A DNA stretch of 64,000 bases from an uncultured Bacteroidaceae bacterium (GCA_964528675.1 CAZGTU010000014.1:2083-66082); one strand, 5' to 3'; positions 28,935-39,067 are shown, numbered from the stretch's first letter. A program made the numbers and translations. Notes: generated from the sequence alone by a model not told the origin.

Positions 28935-30002
28935 TTATTGATGCTTCCAATCTCTTACAGCTTCCATTATTGCCATCAGATTTTCCCATGGTACCTCCGG
29001 TTCAACAAGGTGGGTAGGTCCTATGACGATTCCTCCATGTTCAGCACATTTGTTCAATCTGTTGGTTACCAAGCGGTAAACTTCATCCGGTTTGCCGAAA
29101 GGAAGGAGTTCCTGGGTTCCGATGGTACCCCAAAAGGATAAGCGCTCACCAAAACTATCATGAATTTCATTAAAATCCATACACTCAGGTTGAACAGGAT
29201 TTAATATGTCTACACCCGTTTTTATCAAATCATCAATAAAGGGGGTAACATATCCACAGGAGTGATAGAAAATCAAAATATCGGGCTTTACTTTCCGGGC
29301 TGTGTCAATAACTTTTTTAAGCCTGGGTTGCAGCCACCGTTTCCATAAGTCTTTATCGATCATTATACTTTTTTGCGTTCCGATATCGTCTCCAAGGCCC
29401 AGCACTTCAACCCCCGCTTCGGCATAAACCCGGGCTTTTTCACAGGCAAAATCTGAAATTTTATTAAGAAGCAACATCGCTTTTTCATCTTCCATAAGCA
29501 TATCCATCATGAGTTCTTCCATTGAACGCAAGTACCATGCAGATTCCCAGATAGTCATCTGCATCTTTGCATAAGCGGCCAGGTCTGTTTCGTGTAATTG
29601 CCGGACTGCTTGATTTAACTGACCAATTGCTTTTGCTGACAAGGACGGATATGGGTAAGAGGCAATTTCTTTCAAATCTGCTCCTTTCAACGGATGATGC
29701 ATCCGGGTCATGTGATAGGCGAGCTCAGAACCTTTTGAGTGGCCTACACCCATTGAATCAAAATTGGTATCAGCGGGTAATTCTTCTCTCGGAAAGAGTT
29801 TTCTTCCATCAGAAAAATTCCTGGCCACTTCAATTTCCAACGGCCGGTGCAATTGCCCGAAAAATGATTGATAATCCCGGTGACCAAACCTATTATAGAA
29901 ATCGTCCACCTGTGAATCACACAATTCGAAGTCAACAGGAATAATGTCCTGAAATCCCTCTCTCCGAAGTGTCTTTAAAAAACTATCTATTCTTGAACTC
30001 AT
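28935..30002 (-). CDS. URO-D/MtaA-superfamily protein, short form, no signal peptide
   Basis: 355 aa. Motifs FYHSCGYVTP (H-x-C), VDILNPVQ and a downstream NKCAEHGG. Its stop is 3 nt upstream of the GH29 start. Confidence 0.75.
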   Translation of the reverse strand: MSSRIDSFLKTLRREGFQDIIPVDFELCDSQVDDFYNRFGHRDYQSFFGQLHRPLEIEVARNFSDGRKLFPREELPADTNFDSMGVGHSKGSELAYHMTRMHHPLKGADLKEIASYPYPSLSAKAIGQLNQAVRQLHETDLAAYAKMQMTIWESAWYLRSMEELMMDMLMEDEKAMLLLNKISDFACEKARVYAEAGVEVLGLGDDIGTQKSIMIDKDLWKRWLQPRLKKVIDTARKVKPDILIFYHSCGYVTPFIDDLIKTGVDILNPVQPECMDFNEIHDSFGERLSFWGTIGTQELLPFGKPDEVYRLVTNRLNKCAEHGGIVIGPTHLVEPEVPWENLMAIMEAVRDWKHQ

Positions 30003-30087
30003 GATACTGAATTTTTTAATAGTTAGTGTCTGTCAATAGGTCCTATCGAAAGCGTACTATTCATGTTTCCTCGATCCCTGTTTAAAA

Positions 30088-31173
30088 TTAGCATTTCTTC
30101 CGGATTCTTTTTGAAGTGATCTCGTATGCTGATTTCAGGTTTTCTGCGGAAACACCCTTCGGCACCGCGTCGCCGCTACCCAGGAAAAAATAGGGGCTCT
30201 CTGGCAAATCCTCAAGAAATTTTTCAACAGATTTTACAAAAGCATTATTATCCGGCATGGTAAACTGGTTGCACTCTATGCCACCGGCAATAACTTTTCC
30301 AGCATTCTCCATTATTTTTATTGCTTTCGAAAAATCACAGTCGCCTGTAGGTGGAGGGGATATTTCAATGATACCGTCAAATTTCCGTTCTGCTATTTCA
30401 TCAAGCAAAAGACTTATTTTACCACACATATGGATCAAAAGGGGTTTGTCGTATTCATGGGCCACATCGGCAAATTCATCAAGTTGCACGAATGCATAGG
30501 CTGAAATCCAGTCAGGCATGGAGTTACCCGTATTGGTATTTTCATAGCATATGATAACATCAGCCGGCGATTGCGCTGAAAACTCAACATATCGCTTCTT
30601 GTTTTTCATCATGGCCGCCATGGTTACTTCCAGCTCGGATGGATCTTCCATGTACATGAAGGTAAAATTCTCTATTCCTATCTGTTTGGTAAGCAGATCG
30701 TAAAAAGGTGAATCCTGCATGCTGGCCGATAAGATTTTTTCCGGGTACTTATTTTTGTAATATTCAGTTTTACTAAAATCAGCCACCGGTATGGTGTGTT
30801 CCTGCAGGTAGCGGAAAATTTTCAGGTCATCTACGCTCTTTATCAGGTATTCTATTGGGAAGGGAATGAATGGAGATTCGGGAACGTACCTTGAGACTTT
30901 CCTGATAGTCCCCAGCGGTGTTGAGAACTGTTCTGTTTCATATTCTCCTGCTCTTTCCTTTGAATGCACAATTGTTTCGTCGTAGGTATCCACATATGCT
31001 TCAACACCCCTTAACATATCACTGCCAAGCTCCATTTGCATTTCAATAATATGCTGGTTTTGAAATTTCTCAGGTAGTCCTGATTGGGCATAGCCGTCAA
31101 GGCAAGGAAAAAAAGGCATCTTTTTTATGCCTTTTTCATCCAGCAACCTGATAAACCGGTTTTTCTTATTCAT
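30088..31173 (-). CDS. Divergent URO-D-like protein
   Basis: 361 aa. LLIHMCGKISLLLDEIAERKFDGIIEISPP follows the H-x-C-G...l.e.g.d pattern of the family. The rest is too divergent to align by eye. Confidence 0.5.
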   Translation of the reverse strand: MNKKNRFIRLLDEKGIKKMPFFPCLDGYAQSGLPEKFQNQHIIEMQMELGSDMLRGVEAYVDTYDETIVHSKERAGEYETEQFSTPLGTIRKVSRYVPESPFIPFPIEYLIKSVDDLKIFRYLQEHTIPVADFSKTEYYKNKYPEKILSASMQDSPFYDLLTKQIGIENFTFMYMEDPSELEVTMAAMMKNKKRYVEFSAQSPADVIICYENTNTGNSMPDWISAYAFVQLDEFADVAHEYDKPLLIHMCGKISLLLDEIAERKFDGIIEISPPPTGDCDFSKAIKIMENAGKVIAGGIECNQFTMPDNNAFVKSVEKFLEDLPESPYFFLGSGDAVPKGVSAENLKSAYEITSKRIRKKC

Positions 31174-31243
31174 GGTGGCTAATAAATATTTATATGCAGT
31201 AAAACTATTTTATAAGCGGGAATAACACTATAACAGATGTTTA

Positions 31244-31263
31244 AATTGATAATACTATTGATT
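31244..31263. promoter_or_regulatory. Imperfect copy of the SusC-upstream palindrome: AATTGATA-ATAC-TATTGATT
   Basis: Same left half-site and same 4-nt spacer as 21969-21990. The right arm matches 6 of 8. It lies 65-110 nt upstream of the second SusC, in a divergent promoter region. Confidence 0.3.
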
Positions 31264-31326
31264 CATTGACTGAATGAATAATCATACTGTGTGATCTATT
31301 TATAACAGAAATAATCATAAATATCA

Positions 31327-34300
31327 ATGATTTTTACAGCATTCAAATCTATAAAAATTAGTTATACCAACATGATGAAAGCTAAATTAGTATTGGTCCT
31401 CTTTCTTGTTTTCTCATTCACCATTCAAATATATCCACAGCAGGATTTCAGGGTTTCGGGTAAAGTGCTGGATGAGAATGGTTCACCCCTTATTGGGGTT
31501 AATGTTGTCGAAAAGGGAACCACAAATGGCACCGTTACAAATCTGGAAGGAACCTTTAATTTTAGTGTTTCAGGCCCTCAGTCTACTCTGGTTTTTTCAT
31601 TCATTGGTTATTTAAAAGAAGAAGTGATCCTAAACGGGCAGAATGAAATCCAGGTAAGTCTAATGCCTGATTTGAAGGAACTGGAAGAACTTGTATTCAT
31701 CGGATACGGAACGGTAAAAAAGGCGGATCTCACGGGTTCCGTTGAAGTACTTGAAACCGATCAAATATCAAAACTCCCGGTCAGAAGCCCGGAACAAGTT
31801 TTACAAGGGAAAGCCTCCGGTGTTTTCGTGGCAGCCAGTAGCGGAGCCCCAGGTGCACCGGTGTCTGTAAGGATCCGGGGCGTTGGAACACCCAATAATA
31901 CCGACCCTTTATACGTTGTTGACGGGATGCCGATTAAAGATGCCTCTTTTGGCAAAAATGACAACCCGAGTGGCATTAATTTTTTGAACCCATCTGATAT
32001 TGAATCCATACAGGTATTAAAAGATGCATCTGCTACAGCTATTTACGGTACCCGTGGAGCAAATGGGGTAATTATTATCACTACAAAGAAAGGGAAATCC
32101 GGAAAAGCAAAGGTTGATTTCAATTCATATTTTGGGTATCAGGAACTGCCCAAAAAGCTTGATATTTTGAATGCACAGCAATTTGCAACTCTATACAATG
32201 AAGCAATGGGTGAATATTATAGCCCGGATAGCATCCCTTTTCTGAAAACCACCGACTGGCAGGATGAAGTTTTTACTTTAGCCCCAATGCATAGTGAACA
32301 AATAAGTGTTTCAGGTGGTTCCGAGAAATCAACTTATTATATCAGCTTTAACAATTATTCGCAGGATGGAATTGTAAAGGAATCTTATTATGACAGATAT
32401 TCTTTCAGAGTTAATTCCGAATATGAAATTAATAAGTGGCTCAGAACAGGTCAACACCTAACCTTAACAAATTTTTTTAACCAGCGACAAAGGGAGGAAG
32501 GGTTGAATTCCGGATCCATAGTTGGAAACCCGATTATGGCTGCATTAAAAGCCAATCCAACTGTCCGGCCACGTGATGAGGAAGGCAATCTGAATTATAT
32601 ACCCCTGACCAGCGCCAGTAGCACTGTAAATCCTGTTGGTCTCATTGAAAACAGACATTACAGTTATAATAATAACAGGATCCAGGGTTCTGTATTTGTT
32701 GAAATTGAACCTCTTAAAAATTTGATATTTAAACTAAATGGCGGTATAGACCGTAGTTGGGGTTTCCGTAAAGAAGTATGGCCGGAATATAAAATTGCCA
32801 ATGAAGATGCCTCGGAAAACACCTTACTTATTACTGAACATGAAGATTGGTACAATTATCTTCTTGAAAGCACACTCAATTATAATTTTGAATTAGCCAG
32901 TAATCACACTTTTAATTTCCTATTTGGTGTTACAAGGCAGGAAGAAGTTAAATCGCCCGTGGTTTCCAGTTCTTACCTCCCTTCGCCTGTAGAGGATATG
33001 CTGTACCATTCGGCCAGAACATCAATTGACGACGTGATTCAGCTTGGCGGTTCACCATTGGAATGGTCGCTTTTATCGTACCTGGGCAGGATTAATTACA
33101 ATTTCAGGAGCAAATATCTCTTAACAGCTAGCATAAGGCATGATGGATCATCCCGTTTTGGGCCTAATAAAAGGTTTGGAACCTTTCCTTCCTTCGCATT
33201 TGGGTGGAAGGTTTCTGAAGAATCGTTTATGGACAATGTTTCCCTGATTTCAATGCTAAAAGTGCGTGGAGGTTGGGGTATAGTAGGTAATCAAAATATT
33301 GATCCTTACCTGTACAGGTCAAAAGTCACTTTTCAGCCCGACAGAGGATTGCCAGGACCTGTTGTTTTTTACGGAGTACCAGCCCGGCCTCATCCGGCCG
33401 CTTTTTTCGATGGATTACCTAATCCCGATATCGGCTGGGAAACTACCGAAACCTATAACCTCGGTATTGATCTAACATTATTGGATAATAGAATTGCAGC
33501 CACGATTGACTTTTATGACAAAACAACCAGCGATATACTACTTTTTAATCCCGTACCCTTATGGGGTGGTGCAGATGCCGCGGTAATTAAAAGCGGACAA
33601 ATAAAAAATACGGGGATCGTTAACAATAAAGGTATAGATGTATTACTTACCTACAAGAATTCTGTCGGGGATTTCTTTTATGAAATCGGGGGTAATTTTT
33701 CATATTTAATTAATGAAGTTATAGACATGGAAGATGGTGCACCTTTATCATCGGATACCGACTTTCCCGTGAGAATGATAGAAGGTAAACCCATTGGTGC
33801 ATTTTACGGATACGTGGCAGAAGGCATATTTAAAAGTGAAGAAGAAATTCAAAATCATGCCATGCAGGAAAGAAGAACGGGAGTTGGAGATTTGAAATTT
33901 AAGGATTTGAATTTAGATGGGGTAATCAATTCAGCCGATCAAACAACTTTAGGATTTGCTTTGCCTGATTTTACCTATGGCATCAACCTGAATTTTGCAT
34001 ACAAGAATGTTAGTCTTGATATTCTCGCCCAGGGAATACAGGGCAATTCCATTGCTAACATGGTGAAAAGAAACGCTTTATATAACCTGCGAATGACCTC
34101 CAATGTAAGCACTGATCTACTTAACGCTTACGGCAGGGAAAATGAAGACGGCACCATCGTGACGGACACAGACATTCCCCGCATCGTTGGAAGAAGAGAT
34201 AATAATGATAATGACAGAATCTCTGCTTTTTATCTTGAAGATGGTTCATATTTCAGATTAAAAAATATTAGCCTGGCATATCAGTTTCCTGAAAAAATGA

Positions 34301-34497
34301 TCCGGAAACTGGGTTTAAATAACCTGAGAATTTACGGTACGATTCAAAACTTACATACATTTACCAGGTATAGTGGTTATAATCCTGAAATAGGGGTTTC
34401 CTCTGCCTTCAATGCCAATCCTCTCGCATTTGGTATTGATAATGCAGTGTATCCCATACCCCGAACCTACCTGTTGGGTATTAATATCGGGTTATAA
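31327..34497 (+). CDS. SusC-like TonB-dependent outer membrane transporter (second copy)
   Basis: 1056 aa. The N-terminal region is clearly paralogous to the first SusC (FRVSGKVLDENGSPLIGVNVVEKGTTNGTVTNLEGTF; IESIQVLKDASATAIYGTRGANGVIIITTKKGK). The likely start is the ATG at 31372 (MMKAKLVLVLFL). Confidence 0.95.
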   Translation: MIFTAFKSIKISYTNMMKAKLVLVLFLVFSFTIQIYPQQDFRVSGKVLDENGSPLIGVNVVEKGTTNGTVTNLEGTFNFSVSGPQSTLVFSFIGYLKEEVILNGQNEIQVSLMPDLKELEELVFIGYGTVKKADLTGSVEVLETDQISKLPVRSPEQVLQGKASGVFVAASSGAPGAPVSVRIRGVGTPNNTDPLYVVDGMPIKDASFGKNDNPSGINFLNPSDIESIQVLKDASATAIYGTRGANGVIIITTKKGKSGKAKVDFNSYFGYQELPKKLDILNAQQFATLYNEAMGEYYSPDSIPFLKTTDWQDEVFTLAPMHSEQISVSGGSEKSTYYISFNNYSQDGIVKESYYDRYSFRVNSEYEINKWLRTGQHLTLTNFFNQRQREEGLNSGSIVGNPIMAALKANPTVRPRDEEGNLNYIPLTSASSTVNPVGLIENRHYSYNNNRIQGSVFVEIEPLKNLIFKLNGGIDRSWGFRKEVWPEYKIANEDASENTLLITEHEDWYNYLLESTLNYNFELASNHTFNFLFGVTRQEEVKSPVVSSSYLPSPVEDMLYHSARTSIDDVIQLGGSPLEWSLLSYLGRINYNFRSKYLLTASIRHDGSSRFGPNKRFGTFPSFAFGWKVSEESFMDNVSLISMLKVRGGWGIVGNQNIDPYLYRSKVTFQPDRGLPGPVVFYGVPARPHPAAFFDGLPNPDIGWETTETYNLGIDLTLLDNRIAATIDFYDKTTSDILLFNPVPLWGGADAAVIKSGQIKNTGIVNNKGIDVLLTYKNSVGDFFYEIGGNFSYLINEVIDMEDGAPLSSDTDFPVRMIEGKPIGAFYGYVAEGIFKSEEEIQNHAMQERRTGVGDLKFKDLNLDGVINSADQTTLGFALPDFTYGINLNFAYKNVSLDILAQGIQGNSIANMVKRNALYNLRMTSNVSTDLLNAYGRENEDGTIVTDTDIPRIVGRRDNNDNDRISAFYLEDGSYFRLKNISLAYQFPEKMIRKLGLNNLRIYGTIQNLHTFTRYSGYNPEIGVSSAFNANPLAFGIDNAVYPIPRTYLLGINIGL

Positions 34498-34521
34498 TTT
34501 TTTTTAACTATCCATTAGAAA

Positions 34522-36219
34522 ATGAGTAAAATGAAAAGATTAATAAAAATTGGTTTCATAATAATTATAAGTACAGTGGTGTTTTGGGGTTGTTCTGAAG
34601 AATTTCTTGATAAGCCCATTCCTCCCGGCCAACAAACGGATGTCTCTCTTTATAAGACAGCGGATGGGTTGAGTTATCTTTTAAACCTGGGTTATATGGG
34701 ATTGTCAGAGTATTTTGATACTGACGCTCACTTTCCAATATGTCATCTGACCCTTGGTAGCATCAGGAGCGACGATGCCTGGTCAGGAAAAGGTGTTGTT
34801 TTATATTGGGAAGCCTTTGATATCAACAATTTCCTTCTTTTCCCTGATAATCAGTTTGTTTATGGTTTGTACAAATCACATTATTTATCGATAAGATATT
34901 GTAACTCGGTTATTAACAACGCGAATTTCGCCTTCGAAAATCCCGGGCAGGATGAGGAAAGGATACATAACTTAGTTGCTCAGGCTAAAACCCTGAGAGC
35001 CTTTAATTATTTTTCACTGGCCCGCGCATTTGGCGACGTAGTTTTAATTCTTGATGCCAGTATAACCAAGCGCCCCAGAGACCCGGTAAGTATAATATAT
35101 GACCAGGCAGTCGGGGATCTAACAGAGGCAATAGAATCCGGAGCGTTAAAGAGAAGGGATGAATTACCTTCAGAGCAACTGGGGCAAATTACAATTGGCG
35201 CCGCACGTGCGATCCTTGCTAAAACATACATGTACATGGCCGCGGAAGAACCTGGAAATGCTGATGGATATTACAGATCGGCCTACAATGAAGCAAAAAT
35301 GGTTATTGAAAGTGGAGAATATCAGTTATATTCCAATTATGGAGATTTATGGCAGTTTGATTCACAATTTGGCCCGGAATCTATCTTTGAGATAGGTTAT
35401 CCCGAACCCGGAGAGAATTTTTTACAGCATCATTGGTGGGCAAGCTGGATGCGCCCTCTGTACGTGTATAAGCCCGGAACCCGGGAAAAAATGGGCACCG
35501 ATGCTTACCGCGGTTGGGGACATAACACGCCAACCCAGGATTTCGTAAATGCGTTTGAAGAGGGCGATCCCAGGTTACACTGGTCGGTTTGGTTTCCCGG
35601 TGATTCAACCGCCGGATTAACTGAAGGAGATGAATTGCATGAAATTTGTTTCATAGCGAGTGAAAGCGGTTACTATTTCAGAAAAACCACACCAGAACAG
35701 TTTATCCCGAGTGTTAAGTCTTTTCTCGGTTTTAAAATCTACCGATATGCCGATTTATTGTTAATAGGAGCTGAGGCTGCCAATGAAATTGGAGAAACCG
35801 CAGATGCACTGGCCTGGTTAGAAATGGTAAGACAACGAGCACGTGAAACATCTGCTCCTTTTGGCCACGGAACAGATAAAATCGAGGGAATACCCTCCGT
35901 AGTTACTACTACAAACCAGTCTGAACTGCGTGAAATTATCAGACATGAACGAAGAGTAGAGCTGGGCGGGGAAGGCGACAGGTTTTATGATCTAAAAAGA
36001 TGGCACGGTACGTATGGTTATGACCTTGCAAATATTATCAATACAGCCAATATGGTTCCAGGTCCGGATTACCTGATTACCATAAATGAAAATCTTTCAG
36101 GCCAGCCCAGGGAACCAGAAGATGTAGTAGTCGATCTTCCCAAACACTTGTTATTACCCATACCAAAGGTGGAAATTACCATCAACAATGGTATAATTAA
36201 GCAGAACCCAGGATATTAA
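34522..36219 (+). CDS. SusD/RagB-family glycan-binding lipoprotein (second copy)
   Basis: 565 aa. Lipobox VFWGCSEE, RFYDLKRW and a C-terminal NPGY. Confidence 0.9.
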   Translation: MSKMKRLIKIGFIIIISTVVFWGCSEEFLDKPIPPGQQTDVSLYKTADGLSYLLNLGYMGLSEYFDTDAHFPICHLTLGSIRSDDAWSGKGVVLYWEAFDINNFLLFPDNQFVYGLYKSHYLSIRYCNSVINNANFAFENPGQDEERIHNLVAQAKTLRAFNYFSLARAFGDVVLILDASITKRPRDPVSIIYDQAVGDLTEAIESGALKRRDELPSEQLGQITIGAARAILAKTYMYMAAEEPGNADGYYRSAYNEAKMVIESGEYQLYSNYGDLWQFDSQFGPESIFEIGYPEPGENFLQHHWWASWMRPLYVYKPGTREKMGTDAYRGWGHNTPTQDFVNAFEEGDPRLHWSVWFPGDSTAGLTEGDELHEICFIASESGYYFRKTTPEQFIPSVKSFLGFKIYRYADLLLIGAEAANEIGETADALAWLEMVRQRARETSAPFGHGTDKIEGIPSVVTTTNQSELREIIRHERRVELGGEGDRFYDLKRWHGTYGYDLANIINTANMVPGPDYLITINENLSGQPREPEDVVVDLPKHLLLPIPKVEITINNGIIKQNPGY

Positions 36220-36385
36220 ATCAAAGGAAAATAATAAACAGCGGGTTTAGGACGCTAAATCTTCCCAATTTTTTTTCGGGTTTTGGATTTGAAATCAGGT
36301 TTATCCAATGTCATGATTTACTCTTCCGGATATGTATTACTCTTTCAGGTTCCGGTAATTCAGGTTAATCATAGAAAGCACTAAT

Positions 36386-37510
36386 TCAAGATTTTACGTG
36401 TTTAATTATATCATCGGCCTCCGTTTTCGTTATCGGTTCGTCAAATGGATTTACATTTAATAACAGACCTTCCGGTGATAATGCATTTAAAAGTTCCTCG
36501 ATTTCACTTTTATCGATGTTAAGGATGAGGCATTTACCGGCTTCCTGGATTTTTTTAAGGACCGGTATATGCCTGACATTTTCACAGTTGGTTTGTGGGT
36601 TCCATTGTATTCCGTGCAGGTTTGGTATGTTCATTAAAAAGTCGAGGTGCCGGATAATCTCATCGGGGCCGTCGAAATGGAACATCACATGATCCAAATG
36701 ATCGCACATGGATCTGATGTCATTCAAAATAAATTCTTCATACTGATCAGTAGAAATCATGGTCATATAATCCGATTGAATACAGAAAGTCCTTCCGGGC
36801 CCCCACAGATTGAGCCAGGCTGTTCCATTTCCTTCGATATACGACTGTTGGATAGTTAATAATTCATCAACCCAGTATTTCCATAGCCTCATGATTTCTT
36901 TGCCGGCCTGTTTAACCTTATCGGGCACCATAAGCAAATCCAGCGCGAGTTTTTCGCTTCCGCGTAAAAGCATTAGGGTATCAATGCCATTGAAGATATC
37001 CACAGGTATTTCTGATAGAATGTTATTATCATGGGCTGCTTGTGCCGAATATTTAACAATGTTTTTCTGAATGTTCCACCAGATGTTTCTTTCATCAAAT
37101 GCCAGGGGGGTATTGTCCCAATCTTCAAGATTTTCATGAAACCAGGTAGGTTCATCCGGGGTTCTCAAATCTACAACGGCACCTAGAAATGCCGAACAGA
37201 TGCCCGGTCCAATAGCAGTTGTCAGGACAGGCAATGTTTCCCCGGCAAAATACATATATTTAAAACTTTCCAGTTGATGATCGATTTTAATCTGAGGGTC
37301 TGCCTTTAAATGAAAGGCGCTGAGGTATCGTTTATCCTGTTTTATCTTCTCGAGATAACGGAAATATCCTGTTTTATCCTTATATGCATTTACTGAAACC
37401 AGTGGTTTTTTATTATTCAGGTCCCAGAAAAGCTTAAATGTATGTTTTGAATATTCTATGTGTTCCCTTATGCCGTGCATGTTAAACATTATTAATTGTT
37501 GTTTTTTCAA
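36386..37510 (-). CDS. Hypothetical cytoplasmic protein, possibly a distant URO-D-like TIM barrel
   Basis: 374 aa. SDYMTMISTDQYEEFILNDIRSMCDHLDHVMFHFDGPDEIIRHLDFLMNIPNLHGIQWNP mimics the D..g..isp..f.ef...H.CG...l...g.d pattern, but the H-x-C is replaced by H-F-D. Sits 13 nt downstream of the MFS gene stop. Confidence 0.4.
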   Translation of the reverse strand: MKKQQLIMFNMHGIREHIEYSKHTFKLFWDLNNKKPLVSVNAYKDKTGYFRYLEKIKQDKRYLSAFHLKADPQIKIDHQLESFKYMYFAGETLPVLTTAIGPGICSAFLGAVVDLRTPDEPTWFHENLEDWDNTPLAFDERNIWWNIQKNIVKYSAQAAHDNNILSEIPVDIFNGIDTLMLLRGSEKLALDLLMVPDKVKQAGKEIMRLWKYWVDELLTIQQSYIEGNGTAWLNLWGPGRTFCIQSDYMTMISTDQYEEFILNDIRSMCDHLDHVMFHFDGPDEIIRHLDFLMNIPNLHGIQWNPQTNCENVRHIPVLKKIQEAGKCLILNIDKSEIEELLNALSPEGLLLNVNPFDEPITKTEADDIIKHVKS

Positions 37511-37523
37511 TGGACAATTTGCT

Positions 37524-38933
37524 TCACTTATTCATTGACCGGGTTAGTGAAATTTGTACCTGTTCATCCGTGGGTTCATTTTCGGGAGGTTGTTTTATCA
37601 ATTTTTTCTCCAGTTCCTCGAGAGATACTCCTTTGGTTTCTGGAAATACACAAACAGCAAAAAGCAATGTTATTGCTGCAAAAAACGCGTATGAAAGAAA
37701 AGTCACGGTTTTACCCAAAAACTCAATTTCCCATGGAAAAATAAAGGTTACTCCAAAACTTATTATAGAAGCCAACAATCCGGCCAGTGAAATTCCCACA
37801 CCTCTGTATTTATTTGGAAATACCTCCGACAAAAATACCCATAATACCGGTCCAAGTGACACGGCAAATGAAGCCACATAAACCATAACAGCAATCAGAA
37901 CCCCGTAACCCGAAAACCTGTCGAAATAAGAAAACAATGCAAGACAAACCAGAGAAACTGTCAGACCGGCACTGCCTATGATTAATAAGGGTTTGCGGCC
38001 CAGTTTGTCAATAATGGACATGGCAATAATAGTAAACACAAGATTTGTAAGACCCACTATTGCAGACTGCATAAAAGCGGCATCTTTACCAATGCCGGTT
38101 TTTTCAAAAATAATCGGGGCATAATACAGCACAGCGTTGATGCCTGTTATTTGTTGTAGAAAGCTGATAGCCATCGCCAGGAAAAGTATATATGACATTT
38201 TTCGACTAAATAATCCGACTACCAGTTTGCCGGTCTTTTCTTTTTGTTTATACCGTATACTTTCCTGTATTTCTTTTAATTGTGTTTCTGCATAGATTAT
38301 TGTGCCTACTTTTTTTAATACCTTAAAGGCATCCTGTGTCCGGTTTTTATGCACCAGCCACCGAGGACTGTGGGGTACGAATATGAGTAGCACGAAATAC
38401 GCCACGGCGGGAAATGTCTCGACACCCAGCATCCATCTCCAGTTATTTTCCCCGGTATTTAACAGGAAATAATTTGAAAAATAGGCTACGAAAATGCCAA
38501 TGACAATATTTAACTGGTTGAACGAAACCATTTTGCCCCTAATACCTGGAGGGGATATTTCAGCAATGTATACTGGTGCAATTAATATTGCTCCGCCAAC
38601 ACCAAGGCCTCCAACCATCCTGGCAATAATTAAAAACCAAAATTCATGTGCAATAGCTGAAGTTACTGCCGAAATGGCAAAAAATACGGCTGTCATCTTC
38701 AGTACTTTTTTTCTTCCCATTCTGTCACTTAAGGGTCCGGAAAATGCATTGCCAACGATTACCCCAATGATGAAGGAGCTAACGGTCCAACCGGTTTGTA
38801 ATTCATTCAGGACAAAATAATCACTCATAAATGGAATTGCTCCGCTAATAACAGCACTGTCAAATCCCAATAAAAACCCTCCAAGAGCAACCACCAATGA
38901 AATGAAAAATATGTATCCTTTATTATAGTCCAT
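37524..38933 (-). CDS. MFS sugar porter family permease (second copy)
   Basis: 469 aa. Motifs GPLSDRMGRKKVL, PHSPRWL and PETKGVSLEELE. Confidence 0.9.
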   Translation of the reverse strand: MDYNKGYIFFISLVVALGGFLLGFDSAVISGAIPFMSDYFVLNELQTGWTVSSFIIGVIVGNAFSGPLSDRMGRKKVLKMTAVFFAISAVTSAIAHEFWFLIIARMVGGLGVGGAILIAPVYIAEISPPGIRGKMVSFNQLNIVIGIFVAYFSNYFLLNTGENNWRWMLGVETFPAVAYFVLLIFVPHSPRWLVHKNRTQDAFKVLKKVGTIIYAETQLKEIQESIRYKQKEKTGKLVVGLFSRKMSYILFLAMAISFLQQITGINAVLYYAPIIFEKTGIGKDAAFMQSAIVGLTNLVFTIIAMSIIDKLGRKPLLIIGSAGLTVSLVCLALFSYFDRFSGYGVLIAVMVYVASFAVSLGPVLWVFLSEVFPNKYRGVGISLAGLLASIISFGVTFIFPWEIEFLGKTVTFLSYAFFAAITLLFAVCVFPETKGVSLEELEKKLIKQPPENEPTDEQVQISLTRSMNK

Positions 38934-39067
38934 GTTTTAATCTCCTTTTTTTTATATCAAGCTTTACAAAAAAATCAAACCCTTGTATCACCATCGCCTG
39001 AATAGGATAGGTTGCTGTAAGTCTGAGATACATGCAATTATGTCCTGGATGCTCATTAGGTGAGGCC

